DNA from: a virus
Direction: 5' to 3' (one strand)
IMG/VR virus record: IMGVR_UViG_2884693830_000001
Coordinates: 65,459-95,254 of that record
DNA length: 29,796 bases
Made by a program: the position numbers and the translations under genes
Shown: positions 1 to 8,583 of the stretch, in pieces
Numbering within the stretch: the stretch's first letter is position 1
How the letters are laid out: the number at the start of each line of letters is the position of its first letter
The notes under the pieces: model-generated
What the model was told of the DNA's origin: nothing
Databases searched by the model: none
The model's input: the letters and a program-made list of their open reading frames with translations, nothing else

Positions 1-1839
1 AGCACGGCCGCCAAGGGCGGCCAGGCCCTCGTCGGCGCTGGCGCGAAGAGCAGCGCGCTGCTGGCCGGGGTGGGTGCGGCCGGCGTCGCGGTGGGCGGCG
101 GCCTGGCGGCGGTGTTCGCTGGCGCGACGCTCGCCATCGCCAAGATCGGCATCACCGCGGCCGCCGCCGCGCCAGCCGTGAAGGCGGCTTTCGCTGGCCT
201 GGGCGCGTCGGTCAAGGCGGAGCTCGCGGACGCCGCGAGCGTGTTCCAGGGGCCGCTGATCGCGGCGGCGGGCCAGCTCAAGGGCATGTTTTCCTCGCAG
301 ATCGCCCCGGCGCTGACCAGCATGTTCGGGCAGATCGCGCCGCTGATAGGGCAGTTCACGGCCGGTCTGGGGCAGATGCTCACGCCGCTGCTGCCTGCCA
401 TCCAGGCCGTCGTGGGTGCGGCGGCTCCGCTGCTCAGTCAGCTGGCCGGGTCTCTCGGCCAGTTCGGGTCGCAGCTTGCCGGGTTTCTGGAGCCGGTGGC
501 TGCCGCGTTGTCGCAGAACAGCGGCCTGCTGGCGACCCTGGTCACGGGGATTGGTGGCCTGCTGCAAGCCCTCGGGCCGCTGCTGGCGGCGTTCGTGCAG
601 CTCGCCGGAACCGTGGCCGGGCCTCTCATGGCTGGGCTGCAGCTGATCGCGTCAACCCTGTCTGCGCAGCTCGGGCCTGTCCTGATTCAGATAGCTCCCG
701 TGATTGGTCAGCTGGTCACGGGGCTCGCCGGGATCGTAGCCGCGTTGATCCCCCTGCTGCCGCCGATCCTGCAGCTCGCGGCCACCTTGGCGACTGCGCT
801 GATGCCGGTGCTGACGCAGGTGGCGCAGACGATCGTCGCCGCGCTGCAGCCGGTGCTTGTCCAGCTCACGCCGGTGATAGGGCAGATCGCGGGCGCCTTC
901 GGGCAGCTGATCACTGCCGTCCTGCCTCTGCTGCCGCCCATCGCGCAGCTGGTCGGCACCCTGGCGTCGCAGCTCATACCGGCGATCACGCCGATCATTC
1001 CGCTGGTCGGGCAGGTCGCGGCGGCTCTGGCCGGTGCGCTGCTTTCCGCTTTCTCAGCGATCTTGCCTGCCATCACGCCGCTGCTGCCGGTGGTCGCGCA
1101 GCTGGCCCAGGCGCTGCTGCCGCCGCTGGTCGAGCTGATCAACGCCTTGTCGCCCATCCTGACCGGGCTGGCGGGGATCTTCGCGTCGGTGGTGGGCGCG
1201 GTGACGCCCTTCCTGCCGCCTCTGATCCAACTCAGCACGTCGATCCTGCCGCTGCTGATCAGCATCGTGACCGCCTTCGCCAAGCTCCTCACCGGGGATT
1301 TCTCAGGCGCGTTCGAGACGATCAAGAAGGGCGTCATCACCTTCGCCACCACGATCAAGAACTCCTTCGAGAAGCTGATGTCTCTCGGCCGGGACCTGGT
1401 CAACGGCATCAAGGACGGCTTCGTCAAGGCGTGGAACGCGTTCGTCGACACGATCAAGAATCTCGCCTCCGGCGCGGTCGACCTGGTGAAGGGGATCTTC
1501 GGCATCTCCAGCCCGTCGAAGGTGTTCGCGCAGATCGGCCAGCAGAACGTCCAAGGTCTGATCAACGGCATGGCCAGCAAGCAGAAGGGCTTGCAAAGCA
1601 TGGCCGCCCGGCTGTCCACCACGCTGCAACGGTCCGCGCCCGGGCCGCTGACGTACGCCTCCCAGGCCGCCGTGGCGTCCCCGCCGCCGCCCGTGGCCGC
1701 GCCGGCGAGGTCCGGCGGCAGAGGTGACGGTCGCCAGATCTACATGACGATCAACAACCACTACCCGCAGGCCGAACCCACCAGCAAGTCCATGAACAAG
1801 GGCCTGCAGTACGCCGCGGCGGTCGGCCTTCTCTCCTGA
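1..1839 (+). CDS. Phage tail tape-measure protein 1 (5'-truncated by window edge)
   Basis: Frame open from base 1; Ala/Leu/Pro/Gln amphipathic repeats; C-terminal GISSPSKVFAQIG motif typical of siphophage TMPs. Confidence 0.88.
   Translation, partial: STAAKGGQALVGAGAKSSALLAGVGAAGVAVGGGLAAVFAGATLAIAKIGITAAAAAPAVKAAFAGLGASVKAELADAASVFQGPLIAAAGQLKGMFSSQIAPALTSMFGQIAPLIGQFTAGLGQMLTPLLPAIQAVVGAAAPLLSQLAGSLGQFGSQLAGFLEPVAAALSQNSGLLATLVTGIGGLLQALGPLLAAFVQLAGTVAGPLMAGLQLIASTLSAQLGPVLIQIAPVIGQLVTGLAGIVAALIPLLPPILQLAATLATALMPVLTQVAQTIVAALQPVLVQLTPVIGQIAGAFGQLITAVLPLLPPIAQLVGTLASQLIPAITPIIPLVGQVAAALAGALLSAFSAILPAITPLLPVVAQLAQALLPPLVELINALSPILTGLAGIFASVVGAVTPFLPPLIQLSTSILPLLISIVTAFAKLLTGDFSGAFETIKKGVITFATTIKNSFEKLMSLGRDLVNGIKDGFVKAWNAFVDTIKNLASGAVDLVKGIFGISSPSKVFAQIGQQNVQGLINGMASKQKGLQSMAARLSTTLQRSAPGPLTYASQAAVASPPPPVAAPARSGGRGDGRQIYMTINNHYPQAEPTSKSMNKGLQYAAAVGLLS
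1577..1594. repeat. Dispersed 18-bp palindrome copy GCAAGC-AGAAGG-GCTTGC
   Basis: Perfect arms; inside TMP1. Confidence 0.75.
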
Positions 1840-1876
1840 CCTCCCCACCCGCCAACGACCCACGGGGAGGTGAGGC

Positions 1877-4075
1877 GTGGCGCTCAACGTCGGCGACCTG
1901 TTCGCCACGATCAGCCTCAGGGACAACCTCACCCCCGGCCTGGGCCGGGCGGTCGTCGCGCTGCGCACCATGGCGGGCCGGTTCGACGAGGGGGCAGCTC
2001 AGATCGCGAAGACCGGAGCCGCGATTTCGCTCACTGCCACGGTGGCCAGCTCGGCGCTGGCCGGCCTCGGGGTGGCCGCGTCGGCCGTCGCGGTGGGCGC
2101 GGCCGGGGCGCTCGTCGGCCTGGTCGGCGGGATCGCGGCGCTCGGCATCGCGGCGGCGGCGACCTCCGACAACGTCAAGGGGGCGTTCGTCTCCATGGCG
2201 TCGAACGTGGGGGCACAGGTGAAGGCGGCGGCGGCCACGTTCGAGGAGCCGTTGCGGCAGCTCGCCGGGAACCTGCAAACGATCTTCACAACGATGATCG
2301 CGCCGCAGCTCGCGGCCATGTTCCAGCAGATCAGCCCGCTGATCGGCCAGTTCACCACGGCTCTGGTGCAGGTGCTCGTGCCGATTCTCCCGGCGGTGCG
2401 GCAGATCATCGCGGCTATCGTGCCCATGCTGTCGCAGCTGGCGGGCGCGATGGGCACCTTCGCCACCCAGGTCGCCGCGTTCCTCGCCCCGATCACGGCG
2501 GCCTTCGCGGCCAACAGCGGCCTGCTGGCCCAGTTCGTGCTCGGCGTCGGCTCGCTGCTGCAGATCCTCGGCCCGTTCATAGCTGGGCTGGTGCAGGTCG
2601 GGGCGCAACTCATGGGCCCTGTCCTGGGCGCTCTGCAGATGATCGTGCAGGCCCTCACCGGGGCGCTGCTGTCCGCGATCGTGCAGGTCACCCCGGCCAT
2701 CTCCCTGCTGCTGGTGAGCGTCGGCCAGCTAGTCGCCGCCGTGGCGCCGCTTCTGCCTCCGCTGGTGCAGCTCGTGGCGGTGTTCGCGACGGCGCTGATG
2801 CCGGTGATCGTGCAGGCCGTGTCGATCATCTCTGGCGCGCTGGTGCCAGTGCTGGTGCGGCTGCAGCCGGTCGTCGGGCAGGTCGCTGCCGCGTTCGGTG
2901 CGTTTCTGCTCGCCGTGGTGCCGCTGGTCGGCCCGCTGGCTGACCTGGTGGCGCAGCTCGCGTCGGCGCTGCTGCCGGCGCTGGCTCCTCTTCTGCCGCT
3001 CGTCGGGCAGGTCGCGGCGATCCTCGGCGGCGTCCTGGTGCAGGCCCTCGGCATCGTGGTCCGGGCCATCACGCCGATTCTGCCCCTGCTGTCGCAGGCC
3101 GTGGTGCTGTTCGGCGCGCAGCTCATGCAAGCGCTGCTCGACCTGACGCCGGTGCTGCTGCAGTTGGTGCAGACATTCTCGACGCTGCTGCCCGCCGTGG
3201 CGCCGATTCTGCCGCTGATGGTGCAGTTCGCCGGGTCGATCCTGCCGCAAGCGGTTCAGCTGGCGGCGGTGCTCGCCCCGGTGCTGATGCAGCTCGCGGG
3301 CGGGTTCATCCAGATCATCCAGGCCGTGCTCCCGCTCCTGCCGCCGCTTCTGCAGCTGACGAGCGCGGTGCTGCCGCAGGTCGTCAGCCTGGTGTCCCTG
3401 CTCGCGCAGGGCCTGACGACGCTGCTCGGCCCCGCGTTCCAGGCAATCACGACCATCGTGGCCACGATGGTGCAGAGCGTCGCCACGCTGTTCGGCTGGC
3501 TGTACGACGTGCTGATCGGCCACTCGATCATCCCGGACCTGGTGACCGGGATCGGCAAGTGGATCGGCGGCACGCTCGTGTCGTTCTTCGCCGACCTGCC
3601 TGGCCAGCTCGTGCGCGCGGTCGGCGACATCGGTTCCGTGATGTCCGGCATCGGCCAGGCCGCCATGACCGGCGTGTGGAACGGCATCGTCAGCATGTAC
3701 GACTGGCTGAAGAACGCCATCTACGGCTTCTTCTCGTCGATCATGCCGGACTGGGTGCGGCAGGCGCTCGGCATCTCCAGCCCGAGCCGCGTGTTCGCGC
3801 AGATCGGGCAGCTCACCATGCTCGGCATGGCGCAGGGCATGCAGGCGTCGGCCAGCGAGGTGCTGCGCACGGCCCGCAGCATCGCCGGGCAGCTCACCAC
3901 CGCGTTCAACCCGGACCTGTCCGCGTCGGTCCGTTCGGGCGCGGCCGCGGTCGGCGGGCCGAGCCGGGGCGGGGGGGTGGTCATCAACCAGACGGTGATC
4001 AACCCGGTCGCTGAGCCGGGCTCGCAGACGATCAACCGCGGCCTGCAACTGGCCAGCGCGATGGGGGTGGTGTGA
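1877..4075 (+). CDS. Phage tail tape-measure protein 2 (732 aa)
   Basis: RBS GGAGGTGA; N-terminus MALNVGDLFATI typical of actinophage TMPs; GISSPSRVFAQIG motif; colinear with TMP1. Confidence 0.9.
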   Translation: MALNVGDLFATISLRDNLTPGLGRAVVALRTMAGRFDEGAAQIAKTGAAISLTATVASSALAGLGVAASAVAVGAAGALVGLVGGIAALGIAAAATSDNVKGAFVSMASNVGAQVKAAAATFEEPLRQLAGNLQTIFTTMIAPQLAAMFQQISPLIGQFTTALVQVLVPILPAVRQIIAAIVPMLSQLAGAMGTFATQVAAFLAPITAAFAANSGLLAQFVLGVGSLLQILGPFIAGLVQVGAQLMGPVLGALQMIVQALTGALLSAIVQVTPAISLLLVSVGQLVAAVAPLLPPLVQLVAVFATALMPVIVQAVSIISGALVPVLVRLQPVVGQVAAAFGAFLLAVVPLVGPLADLVAQLASALLPALAPLLPLVGQVAAILGGVLVQALGIVVRAITPILPLLSQAVVLFGAQLMQALLDLTPVLLQLVQTFSTLLPAVAPILPLMVQFAGSILPQAVQLAAVLAPVLMQLAGGFIQIIQAVLPLLPPLLQLTSAVLPQVVSLVSLLAQGLTTLLGPAFQAITTIVATMVQSVATLFGWLYDVLIGHSIIPDLVTGIGKWIGGTLVSFFADLPGQLVRAVGDIGSVMSGIGQAAMTGVWNGIVSMYDWLKNAIYGFFSSIMPDWVRQALGISSPSRVFAQIGQLTMLGMAQGMQASASEVLRTARSIAGQLTTAFNPDLSASVRSGAAAVGGPSRGGGVVINQTVINPVAEPGSQTINRGLQLASAMGVV
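3247..3264. repeat. Dispersed 18-bp palindrome copy GCAAGC-GGTTCA-GCTGGC
   Basis: Inside TMP2; locally atypical codons CAA and GTT. Confidence 0.55.
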
Positions 4076-4947
4076 TGTCCGCGACGTACTTCCTGGACGG
4101 GGTTCCCCTGGACCACCCGGCGGGCTGCTGGCGGCTGAAGAAAGGCACCAAGAGGCGGCCCCTGCCGGGGGTGCGGACGGTGAACCTGTCCGTGCCCGGC
4201 CGGGCGGGTGACCTGCCGGTGCTGGGCCTGGATCATGAGGCGACGACGCTCCCGCTGGCGCTCACCGTCTACTCGTTCACGCCGTCCGGCGTCGACGGCG
4301 GGGCGCAGCAGATGGAGCACAACCTGGAGGCGCTGGGCGCGCTGCTCGGGACGCGGCACCGGCTCATGACGCTCAAGTGGGTGACGGGGTCGATCGTCCG
4401 CGTCGCTGGCGTGGCGGTGGAGGCGGTCGCCGATCCGGAGTACTTCCCGGGCGCGGCCATGGCCAGGCTGACCGCCGTGGTGAAGGTGCCGGGCGTGTAC
4501 TGGCGGGACGAGGCCGACGCGACATGGACCGGGGCCATGCCGGGCGTGGGCCAGGTCGTCACCCCGCTGGCGGGCAGCACCGGCCCGATCGCGGACGCGC
4601 TGCTACGGGTCACCGGCCCCGCCGTCCAGCCGGCGGTGACGGACGTGGCCACGGGGGGAATGGTGGCCTACACGGGCACGGTGCAGGCTGGGGAGCACCT
4701 GCTGGTCGACTGCGGGGGCCTGCGCGCGGCGGTCGTCACGACGGACACGTGGGACCTGACCAGCGGGACGGACGTGACCGGCGACATCAACGCGACTGGC
4801 CCCGGCTCGGCGTTCCGCTGGCTGCACCTGACTCCTGCCATGGCGGTGGGGGACCCGCACTCGCGGGCCGTCCTGGTCGACGCCGCGGCGTCGGGCGCGT
4901 CGGCCGAGTCGGCTGTCGCGATCCGGGCGCGCCGCTCCTACCTATAG
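4072..4947 (+). CDS. Distal tail (Dit-like) minor tail protein
   Basis: Follows TMP with GTGA overlap; about 290 aa, beta-rich; VPGR motif near N-terminus and C-terminal RARRSYL typical of Dit-like proteins. Confidence 0.75.
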   Translation: MMSATYFLDGVPLDHPAGCWRLKKGTKRRPLPGVRTVNLSVPGRAGDLPVLGLDHEATTLPLALTVYSFTPSGVDGGAQQMEHNLEALGALLGTRHRLMTLKWVTGSIVRVAGVAVEAVADPEYFPGAAMARLTAVVKVPGVYWRDEADATWTGAMPGVGQVVTPLAGSTGPIADALLRVTGPAVQPAVTDVATGGMVAYTGTVQAGEHLLVDCGGLRAAVVTTDTWDLTSGTDVTGDINATGPGSAFRWLHLTPAMAVGDPHSRAVLVDAAASGASAESAVAIRARRSYL

Positions 4948-4962
4948 ACGGAGGGAGGCTAG

Positions 4963-7692
4963 GTGTTCGACGTGCGTCTCATCGCCTACGCCCCCAACGG
5001 GCCGCGTCTGGGCTTGCTGCCGCGCCCGCTGTCGTTCCAAGCTGGGCACCCGCTGAACGACGTGCCCGCGTTGACGCTGCGGTACAGCCGTCACGCCATC
5101 GGCGCTGGCCTGCTCGCGCAGGCGTGCGAGGTGGCCATGGAATGGTCGGAGGACGGAGACACGTGGGTCGAGCCGCCGGACTCGCGGTTCCTGCGGATCA
5201 GGCGAGGCACGGACGTTACCGACGAGGCCGGCGTCGAGATGTACGAGATGCCCGGCTACGGCTGGCAACTCCGCAAGATCGTGCTTTACCCGGGGCCCGC
5301 GCCGCTGGTCGACGGCAAGCGAACGTTCCTCAGCGCGACGCCCGGAGCCATCCTGCAGACGTTCCTTGCTGAGGCGCAGGCGCGCGGCGCGCTGCCCGAG
5401 CTTGACTGGACGTTCGACACCGAGCAGGACAGCAACAACCAGCCGTGGGCGAAGATCCTCACCATCTACTACCAGCCGGGCCTGGACGCGCTTACGACGC
5501 TGATCAACCTCGCTGAGCAGTCCGTCATCGACTTCCGGTTCGAGGGGCGGACGCTCCACGTCTACAACGCCGACAGCGCGCTGGCGCGCGACCGGACCGC
5601 CGCGCCGCGCGTGGACCTGCTGCTCGGCCGCGACGTGCTCGACGCCCCGGACACGGGCACGCTGGAGGACGCCGCGAACGCGGTGCTCGTCGTCGGGGAT
5701 GACGGGTTCCGCAAGTCGTACGGTTCCAGCGCGGTCCTGCCGTGGGGCCGGTGGGAGAACTACATCGGGCAGGGCGGCGTCAGCGACGACGGGACCGCCT
5801 TCCTGCTCGCTGAGGGGTCGTTGCTGCGCGCCGCCCAGGAGCGGGTGCAGCACACGCGGGAGATCACGCCGTACTCGGCGCGGTGGCTGCCGTGGCGGGA
5901 CTACCAGCCAGGAGACAAGATCATCGCTCCGGCGAGCGGCGGCACGCTCGCGCCGCTCCGGGTCCGGCAGATCACCGTCACCAAGGACGACAAGGGTGTG
6001 GTCGGCGGAAACGTCGTGCTCAACGACCGTTTCCTTGAGCAGTCGATCAGGCTCGCCCGCCGCACCGCCGGCATCGTCGGTGGGTCGACCGCGTCCGGCG
6101 GGTCCGGGGCGCAGCCCGCGCCGCCGTCACCGCGTGGCCGCACGGCGGCGAAGCCCGCCGGGCTGATCGTGGATCCAATCACGTACGTGGACGCGTCCGG
6201 GTTCGCGCAGGGCCAGGTCACCGCGACGTGGGGGCCGGTGCTCCTGGACGTGAACGGCGAGGCGATCGACATCGACTCCTACGAGCTGTTCATGCGGGAC
6301 AACGTGGTCGGCGCGCCGTGGTTCCTCGTGGCCACCACGGAGCCGGGCACCACCACAGCGACCTACTCGCCGCTGCTCGTCGGCCAGGAGTACGCCTTCA
6401 AGGTCCGGGCCACGTCGCAGGGCGTCAAGGGCGTGTTCTCCGACGAGTACGCCGTGCTCATCGAGGAGGACACCACTCCACCGCCGGTGCCGACCGCGCC
6501 CGTCGTGGCCGCCCGGCTCGGTGTGATCCACGTCGGATGGGATGGGCTCGGCGTCGGCCAGGAGCCGATGCCGGCCGACTTCCACCGAGTGCGGGTGTGG
6601 ATGCAAGACCCGCTCGACCCCGGCGCGGCCGAGGTTGGCTATCTGCAGGCGGCCGGGTCGATCGTCGTGACCGGGCAGCCGTATGGCGCGCTGCGGGAGT
6701 TTTGGCTGACCTCCGTCGACCACGCCGGGAACGAGTCGGGCCCGTCCGCGAGCGCGGTCATCGCCGCGGTGCAGCTCGTGGAAGGCGACGCGGCGGATGA
6801 GTCGATCACGGCGGGCGCTATCGCGGCCAACGCGGTCACCGCCGACAAGATCGAGGCTGGTGCGATCGAGGCCGGGCACATCGGGGCCAACCAGATCACA
6901 GCCGACAAGCTCGCGGCGGTCCTGGCTCTGGTCACGCGGATCGTCGCCGGGGACCCGCTCGCGGCGCGGGTGGAGCTCAACGAGGACGGCCTGGCCGCGT
7001 ACGACGAAGACGGCGTACAGACGGTGCTGGTGTCCTCGGCTGGCGCGGTGAGCATCGTCGGGCAGCTCGCGACAGGGCTGACCGGCAACCGGCTCGTCAT
7101 CAACCCGACCGGCGCGTCACAGCCGGAGATCCGGTTCCTGCCCGGCACCGGGACGAACCCGGCGCGGATGTACGTGGACGGGTCGATGTATCCCGGTGAG
7201 GCGACCGTCGTCACCGTGTCGGGGGTCAGCGGGTCGGGCACCGCGCAGGCCCGGGTCGTCCACGCGGCCACCGACTACCGGGTGCACATCGTCAACCCGA
7301 CAACCGGCCTCGCCGGCGGCGGCTACCTGTTCGCGAAGCCGAACGAACTCGAGGTGGGCTACAACGACGCCAGCGCGAACCTGAACCGCTTCAAGTTCGG
7401 GGCCGCATCGACGCAGTTCGCCGGGAAGTGGTCGTTCGAGGGCAGCGAGGCCGGGCTCCTCATGCGGTCGGTGTCGCTGTCGGGTGGTCAGAACTACAAC
7501 GTGTTTTGGACGTTCACGATGGCGACGGTGCCGCGCGTGGTGTTTACGGCGGACAACCCTGTGCCGGACCGGCTGAGTTTCCACATGAGGAACCCCACGA
7601 CGACGCAGTTCACGCTGAGGAGCAACGAGAGCAGCGCGACTAGCCCGCCCTTTTTCACGGTGCAGCTGAATTTGTGGGCTTGGCGGATGTGA
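4963..7692 (+). CDS. Tail tip hub/fibre protein A (hub region, FN3-like domains, ITADKI repeats, variable C-terminus)
   Basis: Position after Dit; RBS GGAGG; FN3-like signatures (ATWGPV, YAFKVRA, VDHAGNES); AIAANAVTADKI repeats. Confidence 0.82.
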   Translation: MFDVRLIAYAPNGPRLGLLPRPLSFQAGHPLNDVPALTLRYSRHAIGAGLLAQACEVAMEWSEDGDTWVEPPDSRFLRIRRGTDVTDEAGVEMYEMPGYGWQLRKIVLYPGPAPLVDGKRTFLSATPGAILQTFLAEAQARGALPELDWTFDTEQDSNNQPWAKILTIYYQPGLDALTTLINLAEQSVIDFRFEGRTLHVYNADSALARDRTAAPRVDLLLGRDVLDAPDTGTLEDAANAVLVVGDDGFRKSYGSSAVLPWGRWENYIGQGGVSDDGTAFLLAEGSLLRAAQERVQHTREITPYSARWLPWRDYQPGDKIIAPASGGTLAPLRVRQITVTKDDKGVVGGNVVLNDRFLEQSIRLARRTAGIVGGSTASGGSGAQPAPPSPRGRTAAKPAGLIVDPITYVDASGFAQGQVTATWGPVLLDVNGEAIDIDSYELFMRDNVVGAPWFLVATTEPGTTTATYSPLLVGQEYAFKVRATSQGVKGVFSDEYAVLIEEDTTPPPVPTAPVVAARLGVIHVGWDGLGVGQEPMPADFHRVRVWMQDPLDPGAAEVGYLQAAGSIVVTGQPYGALREFWLTSVDHAGNESGPSASAVIAAVQLVEGDAADESITAGAIAANAVTADKIEAGAIEAGHIGANQITADKLAAVLALVTRIVAGDPLAARVELNEDGLAAYDEDGVQTVLVSSAGAVSIVGQLATGLTGNRLVINPTGASQPEIRFLPGTGTNPARMYVDGSMYPGEATVVTVSGVSGSGTAQARVVHAATDYRVHIVNPTTGLAGGGYLFAKPNELEVGYNDASANLNRFKFGAASTQFAGKWSFEGSEAGLLMRSVSLSGGQNYNVFWTFTMATVPRVVFTADNPVPDRLSFHMRNPTTTQFTLRSNESSATSPPFFTVQLNLWAWRM

Positions 7693-7708
7693 TCAACGAA
7701 GGAGTGCC

Positions 7709-8077
7709 ATGTTCTGGGTCAGCGGTGATTCGGTCAGCCCTGACCTTGTCGAGCTCGACGAGGTGGGCATCGCAGCGCTTAAGGCCCCACAGCAGATGTG
7801 GGAGATCGTGCTTCCAGACGGCTCCAGCGTGTTCCTGCCTGGAGAGCATTGGTATGTCGCATTCCGTGTCCCGGTCTCCCCGACCACGTATCGGTGGGTG
7901 GTGGAGTACTTCGTCCAACCGCCCGAGGGCGCCCCGGGGCAGTCCACCGCCGCCCAAGATGGTGCACAGGCGCTGGTCGACGGGGGCAACACGGTCGTGG
8001 TTCGCCGCTACAGGGACTACGAGGAGACGACCACGTTCACCTTCGATGGGGCGACAGTCCCGCCGGCCGAGTGGTGA
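7709..8077 (+). CDS. Hypothetical phage protein (122 aa)
   Basis: RBS AAGGAG; translationally coupled to the next gene. Confidence 0.7.
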   Translation: MFWVSGDSVSPDLVELDEVGIAALKAPQQMWEIVLPDGSSVFLPGEHWYVAFRVPVSPTTYRWVVEYFVQPPEGAPGQSTAAQDGAQALVDGGNTVVVRRYRDYEETTTFTFDGATVPPAEW

Positions 8078-8583
8078 TGATGCCGGTTCAGCAGTGGCGC
8101 ATCACGGAAGTCCGCGAGGTAGTCAACCCGGACGAGAACGCATGGCTGATCACGTACGAGCCGGTTGACGGCGACCCGGGCGCCGGGTTCGTGTCGTACG
8201 TGCCGAAGGAGGCGATCGAGGTCCGGGCCGCTGAGTATGGCCTGGCCACCGTGGATGAGGCGCTGGACGTGATCCTGCATTCGCCGCTGCTCGCGCCCGC
8301 GCACGCGGCTGGGGAGCTGAACATGCCGACTCCGGCGCTGGTCGATGTCGAGACCGCCCGCGCGCAGGTGGTCGAGCAGCTGGCCATCTGTAAGGCGAAG
8401 TGCGGAGTCGTCACCACGGCGGCCGAGACTCGCCGTGCGGCCAAGGGCGCCGCTGATCCGCTGCAGGTCATCCGGGATCAGACGCGGATCGACCCCATCA
8501 AGAGCGCCACGATCCGCATGGAAATGGACCGATACCGGCTCGCCCACGCGGCCGAGTCGGAGAACGGAGGCGGCGGCCAGTGA
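8077..8583 (+). CDS. Tail-associated hypothetical protein A (RAAEYG...LDVILH motif)
   Basis: ATG overlaps upstream TGA; paralogue of 11387..12049. Confidence 0.75.
   Translation: MMPVQQWRITEVREVVNPDENAWLITYEPVDGDPGAGFVSYVPKEAIEVRAAEYGLATVDEALDVILHSPLLAPAHAAGELNMPTPALVDVETARAQVVEQLAICKAKCGVVTTAAETRRAAKGAADPLQVIRDQTRIDPIKSATIRMEMDRYRLAHAAESENGGGGQ

Noticed and set aside
1839-1877. TMP1 and TMP2 as one split or frameshifted gene
   Set aside because: Each has its own C-terminal TMP motifs, TMP2 has its own RBS and N-terminal motif, and the two align as paralogues
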